Shown: positions 1 through 8,576 of the stretch, piece after piece
Layout of the letters: each line of letters begins with the position of its first letter
Numbering within the stretch: position 1 is the first letter of the stretch
From: Terriglobia bacterium
GTDB taxonomy: Bacteria; Acidobacteriota; Terriglobia; 20CM-2-55-15
Assembly (NCBI GenBank): GCA_963664115.2
Contig: CAXWPJ010000012.1
Span: 256,001-320,000 of the forward strand
Reading direction: 5' to 3'
Length of the DNA stretch: 64,000 nt
Position numbers and translations under genes: made by a program
Notes under the pieces: generated by a model
Seen by the model: the letters and a program-made list of their open reading frames with translations, nothing else
Databases searched by the model: none
What the model was told of the DNA's origin: nothing

Positions 1-777
1 GGTCAATTCTCCCGTATGAAAGACCTCGGGACGATGCTTGGATCGCGGAAAGACAACGACGACCCACGCCCCGTCACGATGGAGGGCTACAAGATTGATC
101 ATGGGTTCGACACGGTTTTCGTTGTGCACCCGAAGAGCAGCGAACAATTCAGAAAACCGCCGGTCCAACCGTGCCCGGTCCGAGTCTCTTAGAACAAAAG
201 CACTCCGGGAATACTCCGCGATAACCCCGTCGGACGCGGAGTCCAGATCCTTGATCAAAGGCATGTCATCGAAACGGCATGCTTGAAAGTGCATGTGATC
301 AGGGGCGGAGGCACCGCACTCCGGGCCGTTGTACAGAATCATGTAGCCCGGCAATTGGGCTGAGAGTTCGAGCATCGTCGGAAAGTGGCCTTCGATTCGC
401 TGGGGCGTATGTTCCCGCGAGACGATGGACAGATGATTGTCGAGGATTGGAAACGGATTGCAGGCAATCACGAACTTCTGGTCGAAAACCAGTCCCTTCT
501 CCGGATCGGGCAGGTTCTCAGCGCACAAGAAGCATGCCCTGTTTCGGATCGAATCCGGATCAACACGTGCTGTCGTGCTCTCAATTCGATGCGGGATATG
601 GCGAACGACAACGGGGAAGCCATTGACGACGAACTCCCGGGATTGCGCTCGTGTCAAACCCTCCACGCCGTGCCTCAGCTGGGGCCATGCCTCTATCTGA
701 GACTCGAACAGGCGATCGATCCCGGCAAGGACAGATTCCGGCTCCACTGGAACCAGTAATCGTTCATTCCAGTTCAC
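1..777 (-). CDS. DUF4922-family protein with HIT-like nucleotide-sugar phosphorylase motif (3' end runs off the window)
   Basis: Not in the ORF track because it has no stop in the window. Manual translation from GTG at 777, which overlaps the upstream TGA: MNWNERLL...RACFLCAENLP...CGASAPDHMHFQA...EPMINL...FPRSKHRP. The HxHxQ motif resembles GDP-hexose phosphorylases. Confidence 0.8.
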   Translation of the reverse strand, partial: MNWNERLLVPVEPESVLAGIDRLFESQIEAWPQLRHGVEGLTRAQSREFVVNGFPVVVRHIPHRIESTTARVDPDSIRNRACFLCAENLPDPEKGLVFDQKFVIACNPFPILDNHLSIVSREHTPQRIEGHFPTMLELSAQLPGYMILYNGPECGASAPDHMHFQACRFDDMPLIKDLDSASDGVIAEYSRSAFVLRDSDRARLDRRFSELFAALRVHNENRVEPMINLVALHRDGAWVVVVFPRSKHRPEVFHTGELT

Positions 778-2111
778 AGCACATCCTGCATTCCGCCGTG
801 CACGCCCTCACCCCCACGACGCTCTTGAATCCGGGCCTGGAGTTCAAGCGTCCGCAGCCAATCTTTGTAACTATTGCGAAGATTGGATAGCTCCGGAGAG
901 TGATCGGCGTCCGTGTTTTCTGCCCATCGGCGGCACAGATACAGGGAATCATAGATCCGACCGATCTCATACTCACGGGACATTCGGAGACCCACGGCAT
1001 AGTCTTCGCCATAGCTGACGTTGGGGAATCCAAATCGGCGAAGCACGCTTACGTCGTATGCGCGCGGTGCGCCCAGCCCGTTCACACGCAACAGATTATT
1101 GTGCCCGTTATCGGCCGTCCACTCTTTATGCGCCACCAGTCCCGGAACTATCTCGTTCAAGTCGAAATCCACCGTCGTGTAAGAGCCGGCCAACATCGCG
1201 TAACGATTCGACTCCATTGCCTCAACGACCCGGGAAAGGACGCCGGAATTCAGGAAGAGATCATCGGAATCCAGTTGCAGCGCGAATCGCCCACATGCCG
1301 GAGCAAAAATGGCTTCGTTCCAACAACCGCCGATTTCAAGGTCACGGGTCTCTGGAACCTTGGGGATCAACCGGGGATCCGCATGCGAAGCGATCACGCT
1401 GGAGGTCGAATCCGTCGAATGGTTGTCGACGACGATGACGTTGAATCCGAAATCGGCTTCCTGGCCTAGCGCGCTTTTGAGGGCATCGCCGATTGTGCCT
1501 TCGCGATTGCGGACCGGGATTACTATTGTCGCCTTGACGGGAAACACGGCCTCAGACGGTGGAATATGGCCGTTGGGCCGGGGCAGAAATGCGCCAATTC
1601 GTTTGAGATGGTTCGTCACGACTAACTCCATTTCGCCCTGATAGTCCAGCTGTGAAGAATCCAAATAATCGAAATGGCGTTCGCCTCCCAAGCTCGTATC
1701 CGGATCTTTCGCACTGTAAAGCGGTTCTGGTATGCGGACGATTGGATGATCGATGGATAATTTGAGGCGCAAGTCGTACATCGCACCCCATCGAAGCTTC
1801 CCATCGAGACCTCCATGACGGGTGAGGGCTTCCCGTGCCCGGGGGACAGAAACAACGACCAGGGGACCAAAATCAAAGTCGTCACGCAGGCTGCCGCTCT
1901 GGTAGTCGATCCAGGATCGGTCCGTCGAGTCGGCATATACAAGTCCCGCACCGCGCGCGCCCAAAACCTCGATCATCCTGTCAAGCGTCATGGCCTGTAA
2001 CTCAAGTTTGTATCGGGGATCGGCAACGAATAGGACTTCTTCAGTTGCGTCTGAGAGGAGTCGCCCAAGGGCCGCGGCGGAGCCTTCCGGCAGGTAATTA
2101 ACTGAGATCAT
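774..2111 (-). CDS. GT2-family glycosyltransferase with a degenerate N-terminal and an intact C-terminal GT-A domain
   Basis: IVIPVRNRE, VVDNHSTD, LDSDD and YGEDY motifs; coupled to both neighbours by overlapping start/stop codons. Confidence 0.85.
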   Translation of the reverse strand: MISVNYLPEGSAAALGRLLSDATEEVLFVADPRYKLELQAMTLDRMIEVLGARGAGLVYADSTDRSWIDYQSGSLRDDFDFGPLVVVSVPRAREALTRHGGLDGKLRWGAMYDLRLKLSIDHPIVRIPEPLYSAKDPDTSLGGERHFDYLDSSQLDYQGEMELVVTNHLKRIGAFLPRPNGHIPPSEAVFPVKATIVIPVRNREGTIGDALKSALGQEADFGFNVIVVDNHSTDSTSSVIASHADPRLIPKVPETRDLEIGGCWNEAIFAPACGRFALQLDSDDLFLNSGVLSRVVEAMESNRYAMLAGSYTTVDFDLNEIVPGLVAHKEWTADNGHNNLLRVNGLGAPRAYDVSVLRRFGFPNVSYGEDYAVGLRMSREYEIGRIYDSLYLCRRWAENTDADHSPELSNLRNSYKDWLRTLELQARIQERRGGEGVHGGMQDVL

Positions 2112-2818
2112 TGTCGGGCGCGATCAAGCTCCCGGGGGCGAACCACGATTACACCGCTCATTCGACTGGCGCTCAGAAACTCGGCCAGATCCTGGTCCAC
2201 GACCTGTCCCCGGCTCAGGGGAGCGTGACGCATCCGAACCCTATCATCACGAATGAGAACCCCGCAGTGAAACACATCCCGATCGTGGCGCGTTGAGGCA
2301 AAGAAAATTAGATCCCCTGACTGAACGTCCTGTTGACGTCTCATAAAATTGCGCTTGGGAATCGAACGCACGCGGACAGTTCTCTCTGGCAGTCCATCCA
2401 GCACACGGAGACATCGACGGCGCTCAACGACTCCGGGGCCCCGAGTCCGGTCGCGGACAACTCCGCTATGCTTGTTGTTCCGTATCCACGTCGTCATGTA
2501 GTGGTTCCGCTGCTTCCAATCGACGACACCGCCAGCGTAGCGAATGTGGCGGAGATTCTCGATAAACTCGTCCGGGGTGGATGCGCGCGCAAGCGAGAGA
2601 ACGGTTTCGATATAAGTGACACAATCGAATCCATCGAGCGACGCCGTAAACACTTCCTTCTCATCCGCAGCACCGATGAGCATGTTTTTCTTATAGGGGC
2701 AATCGAGAAACTGTTCGCTGACGGCAGCGATACGGGCGCCGATTTCAGAGACCGACTTCACCCGTTCTAATGACTGCCGGACACGCTTTCGATTCAGGCC
2801 CCTGGGAATCTTTGACAT
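2108..2818 (-). CDS. DUF1460 / NlpC-P60-like N-acetylmuramoyl-L-alanine amidase-like protein
   Basis: FDCVTYIETVL (catalytic Cys), RNHY, GDLIFF and HCG motifs. Start moved from 2869 to ATG 2818 (MSKIPR). Confidence 0.8.
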   Translation of the reverse strand: MSKIPRGLNRKRVRQSLERVKSVSEIGARIAAVSEQFLDCPYKKNMLIGAADEKEVFTASLDGFDCVTYIETVLSLARASTPDEFIENLRHIRYAGGVVDWKQRNHYMTTWIRNNKHSGVVRDRTRGPGVVERRRCLRVLDGLPERTVRVRSIPKRNFMRRQQDVQSGDLIFFASTRHDRDVFHCGVLIRDDRVRMRHAPLSRGQVVDQDLAEFLSASRMSGVIVVRPRELDRARQ

Positions 2819-2988
2819 CCAAACAATTTTAGCAGAGTCGCGGAAACAGATTCCCAGCTGCGGACACACGAAAACAACGGCGACACTTGTGGAGTCGTCG
2901 ACTTCGCACTTGTGGAGCCGTAGACTTCACATGGCCAGTCAAAAGTTGAGAGACAACGGTGACACGCACGCGCTCATGACTTTTGACC

Positions 2989-3017
2989 AAAAAAAGGCGC
3001 AGCCGTCAGGATGCGCC
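2989..3017 (-). terminator. Probable intrinsic terminator of the small acidic ORF
   Basis: GGCGCA/TGCGCC stem followed by a T-run on the minus strand, just downstream of the stop at 3046. Confidence 0.5.
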
Positions 3018-3045
3018 AATCAGAGGACACAGGATAGTGGAAGAA

Positions 3046-3273
3046 TCAGGAATCTTCGTCGATCAAAGAGATGTCGTCGAATGCGTCAGTTACGAGGTTG
3101 AAGTCTTCGGCTGCAATATCGATACTGGGGTCTTCGGTGAGAAGGTAGTAATCTTCACCTTCTTCAAATTCACCGTCTTCGAATTCACCGTCTCCAAACA
3201 TGTAACCATCGGGGTACTCCTCTAGCTTGATCTGTTGATACCGTGCATCGAACTTGATTCGAATCGGAATCAT
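3046..3273 (-). CDS. Small, highly acidic hypothetical protein (75 aa)
   Basis: ATG at 3273 preceded by AAGGGGGTGG; about 24 of 75 residues are D/E; terminator downstream. Confidence 0.55.
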   Translation of the reverse strand: MIPIRIKFDARYQQIKLEEYPDGYMFGDGEFEDGEFEEGEDYYLLTEDPSIDIAAEDFNLVTDAFDDISLIDEDS

Positions 3274-3657
3274 AGCGCCACCCCCTTGGTCGTCCGCTTG
3301 TTCAAAAAGCAATTCTCGGGCCAAAATTGAGCGACCTCGGGAGAGCCTTTAGAAAGAATAGTTTCCGCATTCCGGCAAGAAACAGACCTGCGGTGACAGC
3401 TGTCCCGATTCCTGACGGGGCGTCAAAATAGTGCCCCCGTACGATTTGAAACGATTTGTTTGAGGAAGATGCTCCCAGCCTACCGGCCCGACTCATGAAA
3501 AGAGTGACCGTCTGTTCCTCCCAGAGTTTGATTGCTTATGATTCCCGCCTTTTGTAAACTTCCTCCTGTTTCGACAGATCCGGGACGGGAGGCCTCAACC
3601 CTCCCCCATCCATTAAACGATTTGTTTCTTCGGAGATAGCGTTCGAAGGAGTCACTT

Positions 3658-4605
3658 ATGAATTTGGCACATATACATATTGTTCTAAATCACTTTCCGA
3701 CGATCGGTACCGTCATCGGGCTCGCTCTATTCGTCATTGCTCTTGTAAGGAAAAATGATGAATTGAAACGATTTGCCCTGGGACTCTTCTTGATGATGGG
3801 GATTCTGGTGATTCCGACGTATTTGAGCGGCAGTGCGGCTTCGGAGATCATTGCAGACCGCGCTGGCACCTCGGAGGCGCTGATCCAGGCACATCAGGAC
3901 GATGCCCTGATTGCCTTCCTGTTCGCAGGAATCACCGCCGCGTTCGCCTGGCTGGGGCTCTGGGAATTTCGGCGCTTCGGTGCGGAGAAACCGTGGAACT
4001 CAACAGTCGTCCTGCTGCTCGGCATCGTGACGGTGCTGCTGATGATAAACACCGGAACGGCCGGCGGTGAAATCACTCATCCTGAAATCCGGCCAATCGA
4101 TGCTGCAACCGGGTTACCCGTGGAAGCCACGCTCAACGAGGGGTCCATCACAGCAGCGATTGAAACTTTCATAATCGTCAGACCATGGGTATGGCCAGCA
4201 TCTGAAATTCTTCATTTTATCGGGATGGCGCTTTTGTTCGGTATCGTGCTCCTCATCAATCTTCGGATGCTGGGGGTCGTGAAGGGAATCTCGTATGCAT
4301 CATTGCACGCGCTCCTGCCATGGGGAATGGCGGCATTTGCCCTCAATCTGACAACGGGAATGCTCTTCTTCATCGGGGCTTCGTCTCAGTACACGAGTAA
4401 CATATCGTTCATGTCCAAAATTGTGCTGGTGCTGCTGGCTGGAACGAACATTATTTACTTTACTGTGTTCGATGACGCCTGGGCCGTCAAAGCCGATGAT
4501 GTGCCACCGATAACAGCAAAAATCATGGCCGCATCGACGATCGTTCTATGGTTCGGGGTCATCTATTTTGGCCGCATGATGCCCTACATCGGTAATTCGT
4601 TCTAA
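3658..4605 (+). CDS. Polytopic membrane protein, probable fusion of DUF2231-like and DUF6644-like domains
   Basis: AGGAG RBS; about 8 hydrophobic segments; His motifs HIVLNHFP, AH, HPE and EILHFIG. Confidence 0.65.
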   Translation: MNLAHIHIVLNHFPTIGTVIGLALFVIALVRKNDELKRFALGLFLMMGILVIPTYLSGSAASEIIADRAGTSEALIQAHQDDALIAFLFAGITAAFAWLGLWEFRRFGAEKPWNSTVVLLLGIVTVLLMINTGTAGGEITHPEIRPIDAATGLPVEATLNEGSITAAIETFIIVRPWVWPASEILHFIGMALLFGIVLLINLRMLGVVKGISYASLHALLPWGMAAFALNLTTGMLFFIGASSQYTSNISFMSKIVLVLLAGTNIIYFTVFDDAWAVKADDVPPITAKIMAASTIVLWFGVIYFGRMMPYIGNSF

Positions 4606-4861
4606 ATTCGACGCTGGCGGAGCAGTCTGTCCCCCGTCGGGCCAGAATCCCCTGCACCGCCTTAATCGAGCGGTGATAGCGCTCGATCCTGCCTTGAGTC
4701 ATCGAGTGGTGCGTGACCCCACGCGTGTGCCCTAGGCCTGATGTCGGGAGTCGTTCAGTCCTTCCATAAAATTCAATGTGCTTTCCTCATGTGAGGGTGA
4801 AGTTCGTCATTATCCAGGCGGATAATAGCGGCTCGCAGCCCGTGCTAGACTTGCTGTCTGG

Positions 4862-6043
4862 ATGACTTCAGCTCTCACCCATCTCGAGTGTTCCCGTCCA
4901 GACTGCAGGGAAGCGATGACCCATTCTGCTCTGCAGAACCTTTGTACCGTTTGTAATTCACCACTACTTGCCAGGTACGATCTTTCCCTTGCGAAACAGA
5001 CGCTCTCGCTCGAATCACTGCGCGCGCGCCCACAAACCCTTTGGCGATACCAGGAGGTTCTTCCGGGCGCGGGGACGGTCTCACTCGGGGAGGGTATGAC
5101 GCCGTTGATCCACGCCAAAAACCTGGGCCGGGATATGGGGCTCAATCGGCTTTACATCAAGGATGAAGGACTCAACCCGACGGGTTCGTTTAAAGCTCGG
5201 GGGCTTTCGGCGGCCATCAGCATGGCTGCGGCTCTTGGCGCAAGAACCATCGCCCTTCCGACTGCCGGGAACGCCGGCGGTGCCGCAGCGGCCTATGCGG
5301 CGAAGGCAAATCTCCCCTGCGTTATCGCAATGCCAGTCGATACGCCGGCGGCTAACATCTTAGAATCTCGCGCCTTCGGTGCGGACGTCCGTCTGATCGA
5401 TGGTCTCATATCGGATTGTGGAAAATTCATTGCGGACAACAAGACCGAACAGCACTGGTTCGAAGTTTCCACCTTGAAGGAACCCTACCGTATCGAAGGG
5501 AAGAAGACGATGGGCTATGAATTATGGGAGGGATTCGAAGGCCACCTGCCCGACGTGATCGTGTATCCGACCGGCGGTGGCGTTGGACTGATCGGGATGT
5601 GGAAAGCGTTCGAGGAAATGGAAACCATGGGATGGATCGGTAAGGAGCGTCCGCGCATGGTTGTCGCACAGGCGGCAGGCTGTGCGCCCGTCGTGAAAGC
5701 CTTCGAGGATCACAGTGATCACACGGAGTTTTGGAAAGACGCCAGGACTATTGCCTCGGGCCTGCGCGTCCCGAAGGCTTTAGGAGACTTTCTGATCCTT
5801 AAGAGTGTTTATGACAGTCACGGTGAAGCTGTGGCCGCAACCGACGATGAAATGATGACCGCCTGCCGCGACATGGCCGCGTTGGAAGGCATCTTCGCAG
5901 CGCCCGAAGGCGGGGCGGGGCTTGTCGCCGTGAAAAAGCTTGTCGACGGGGGAAAGATTCAGGCCGACGAAACGGTCGTGGTTTTCAACACAGGGAGCGG
6001 ATACAAGTACACCGAGGCCTGGCAGGCTGCTCTTGGAACGTGA
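4862..6043 (+). CDS. thrC: Threonine synthase-like PLP-dependent enzyme
   Basis: N-terminal Cys pairs; SLGEGMTPL, NPTGSFKARG (PLP lysine), EGKKTMGYE, YPTGGG and NTGSGYK motifs. Confidence 0.8.
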   Translation: MTSALTHLECSRPDCREAMTHSALQNLCTVCNSPLLARYDLSLAKQTLSLESLRARPQTLWRYQEVLPGAGTVSLGEGMTPLIHAKNLGRDMGLNRLYIKDEGLNPTGSFKARGLSAAISMAAALGARTIALPTAGNAGGAAAAYAAKANLPCVIAMPVDTPAANILESRAFGADVRLIDGLISDCGKFIADNKTEQHWFEVSTLKEPYRIEGKKTMGYELWEGFEGHLPDVIVYPTGGGVGLIGMWKAFEEMETMGWIGKERPRMVVAQAAGCAPVVKAFEDHSDHTEFWKDARTIASGLRVPKALGDFLILKSVYDSHGEAVAATDDEMMTACRDMAALEGIFAAPEGGAGLVAVKKLVDGGKIQADETVVVFNTGSGYKYTEAWQAALGT

Positions 6044-7470
6044 CCTCCGGACGATATTTGAAAGCGTTCCACGTTCTGGGCGGACCCCTGGTCTTTCTGT
6101 TGTTCCTTCTGCTTCCCATTGCGTCGATGAGCTTTCCGGTGCGCGGCAGTCTCGGCCTGCTCCTCTGGATGTCATGGTGGTGGATATTCGGAACCGTCCA
6201 TCTCGCAGTCACCGGGTTTCTGCCTCTCGTAGTCCTGGCTCTCTTCGATTTTCTTCCTGTCGGCAACATCCTTCCCGCATACGCGCAAGAGCTCGTCATT
6301 CTACTGATTGCGGCCAACATTCTGGCGACCCTGTGGAGCCGCTGGGGATTGGATCGCCGCATTGCACTGGTCTCCCTCATCGGAGTGGGAGTCAGCACGC
6401 GAAAACAGATCATGGTCTGGTTTGGTGTTGCGACGGTGTTGAGCACGTTTCTGCCAAACACTGTCGTGGCAGCGTCCATGATACCCATCGTCCTGGCCAT
6501 GCTGCGTTTCATCGGAATCGAGAACGTTGGCAAAAGCGCGTTCGGATCGGCGCTGCTGATTGCGGTCGCCTGGGGAACGAGCGTCGGCGGATTGGGGACG
6601 CCGCTCGGTGGTGCTCCAAATCTGCTCACCGTTCGGTTCGTGGAACAGGAAGTGATCGCGCACGAGTTCTTGTTCACAACGTGGGTGACGCGGATGCTGC
6701 CCTTGACCGTCCTCATTGCAGCGGTTTCGCTCGTCTTTATGAGGTTCGCATTCAAGCCCGAACTGGATCGGGTCGAAGGGACGCGGGAGTATTTCTCTCG
6801 GGAGCTCGGTGCACTCGGAAAGCTGACGCTGCCCGAAAAGTGGGGCCTGGGCCTGTTTCTTGCAGCCATACTGTTGGCGTTTTCACGCCAGTTTTATGCG
6901 TCGCTTCTACCTGGACTGACTCCCGCATTTGCGTTTTTGACCTGCGCCGTACTGTGCTTTGTGATTCGGCACAAGGGTGAGCCCATTCTGGAATGGGAGT
7001 ATGCCCAGAGTCACATGGTGTGGGGTTTGATCTATCTGTTTGCCGGGGGCTCGGCCCTTGGACAGGTCCTCACCGAGACCGGCACAGCACAATTTGTGGC
7101 CGAGCGGCTGGTTCCGCTGGCCGGCGGCGGAACCTTTCCCGCCGTCCTGGTTTTCTCATTCATGACGGTCGTGATCACGCAGATTACCAGCAACACCGCG
7201 GCCGTCGCCATCATCGTACCGATCACGATCAGTACGTTTCAGAGTCTGGGATTAAATCCGATTCCCTTCGTCTATATCGTCGCTGCGGCGGGCAATTGCG
7301 GCTTCATGCTACCGTCCTCCGCGGGCGGCTCCGCCATTGCTGCCGGTTACGGTGCGAATTTGAAAAGCATGTTCTCCTGGGGCCTGTGGCTGACCGTTCT
7401 GGTTTTCCTGGCGATTGTTGTTGCGGGATATCTGCTCGCTTCTTACTGGCCCGGCTTCGGAATCGCATGA
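6040..7470 (+). CDS. SLC13/DASS family anion:sodium symporter
   Basis: Highly hydrophobic; GGLGTPLGGAPN and TQITSNTA motifs; GTGA overlap with the upstream gene. Confidence 0.85.
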   Translation: MTSGRYLKAFHVLGGPLVFLLFLLLPIASMSFPVRGSLGLLLWMSWWWIFGTVHLAVTGFLPLVVLALFDFLPVGNILPAYAQELVILLIAANILATLWSRWGLDRRIALVSLIGVGVSTRKQIMVWFGVATVLSTFLPNTVVAASMIPIVLAMLRFIGIENVGKSAFGSALLIAVAWGTSVGGLGTPLGGAPNLLTVRFVEQEVIAHEFLFTTWVTRMLPLTVLIAAVSLVFMRFAFKPELDRVEGTREYFSRELGALGKLTLPEKWGLGLFLAAILLAFSRQFYASLLPGLTPAFAFLTCAVLCFVIRHKGEPILEWEYAQSHMVWGLIYLFAGGSALGQVLTETGTAQFVAERLVPLAGGGTFPAVLVFSFMTVVITQITSNTAAVAIIVPITISTFQSLGLNPIPFVYIVAAAGNCGFMLPSSAGGSAIAAGYGANLKSMFSWGLWLTVLVFLAIVVAGYLLASYWPGFGIA

Positions 7471-7605
7471 TTCTCCTTTTGATCTGAGCCCTGGGTCCTG
7501 AGTTCAGTGTCGATTTGATAGCGCCCGTCGCTTAGTTATCCGCCCCCGTTGACGATACTGGATGCACACTGGAAGAGCGCCGTGATGCTGTAAGATACTC
7601 AGGAA

Positions 7606-8308
7606 ATGAGCCAGCCCGATATTGATCTATATGAAGTCATCCGGGAGTTGGATTCCGGCCGCACGCATTTCGATCGACTGTCCGGGCCTGTGACCCAAGC
7701 TCTGTCCCACAGACTCGGCCTGGATTCGGAAGCGATACGAGCTCTGTTTGACAACCGTGCCGAGAGGGAGCGCAATGCGCCGAGGACGGGCGGCCCGGCA
7801 CCCGATTTCAACCTTGAGCTGCTGGACCCTCAGGACTCTGGAGCCAGCCAGAGGTGCAGGCTGTTCGACCATCTGGACAAGCCGGTTGCATTGATTTTTG
7901 GTTCCTAGCACCTGACCGCCGTTTCGTGCCGAGGCCGGGCGTCTCAATCATGTCTACGAGCGATTCAAGGGCGCGACCCACTTCTTCTGCGTATACATAC
8001 AGGAGGCGCATCCCGAAGACGGATGGCAGCGTCCGGCCAATCTTGCCGACTCGGTCGTGTTCGACCAACCCAAGACGATGGAAGAAAGGGTCAGCGTCGC
8101 CCAGGTGTGCATTGGCCATCTCCAATTGGCAATGCCCATGCTGCTGGACGACATGCGAAACTCCACCGATCTGGCATACGCCGCGCTGCCTGAGCGTCTG
8201 TATGTCGTCGGCACGGATGGGACCGTTGTTTACAAGTCGGCTCCCGGTCCCTTTGGATTCGACGTCGGTGGCTGGGAGCAGGCGATTTCGGATCTGCCAG
8301 GCCGGTAG
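7606..8308 (+). pseudogene. Iodothyronine deiodinase-like selenoprotein (UGA at 7913-7915) interrupted by a 1-nt insertion at about 7908
   Basis: APDFNL...KPVALIFGS-TAG-C-ACC-TGA-CCG-CCG-TTT-CGT. Removing G7908 gives GSYT-U-PPFR...VYIQEAHPEDGW...YAALPERLYVVG...GPFGF, the deiodinase signature (about 233 aa). Confidence 0.8.
7931..7945 (+). promoter_or_regulatory. Candidate bacterial SECIS hairpin
   Basis: GAGGC-CGGGC-GUCUC stem-loop with a loop G at +22 from the UGA, the same offset as in the second selenoprotein gene. Confidence 0.5.
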
Positions 8309-8576
8309 GGTCTTTCGACCTCAACGGCGATGGCCGGGTGCCGGCAAATCCCTTGGGCTCAAAGTTACGATCCAGACCCCGCCCGAAAAATTCACGAAGG
8401 TTGCAGCCCCCTCGACCTGCTCTGAAAATCAGGCTAAACTGCTGGCCTCTGTCAAGCGACTTAACATCACAGCGAGGTAGGGATTGCGAAAACCGCGGAG
8501 CCAATCAAGGAATTAATAGACCAGCCTGACATAATAGAAACGTCGTGGGTCACTGCGCCCATCATGGAGGTGTGCT

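Noticed and set aside
7906-7908. TAG as a pyrrolysine or read-through codon
   Set aside because: Simple read-through stays in the wrong frame; homology resumes only in the +1 frame.
8310-8576. Riboswitch or ncRNA in longer intergenic regions (8310-8576, 18770-19190, 43700-43860, 60120-60300)
   Set aside because: No recognisable consensus by eye; an Infernal/Rfam scan would be needed to exclude one.
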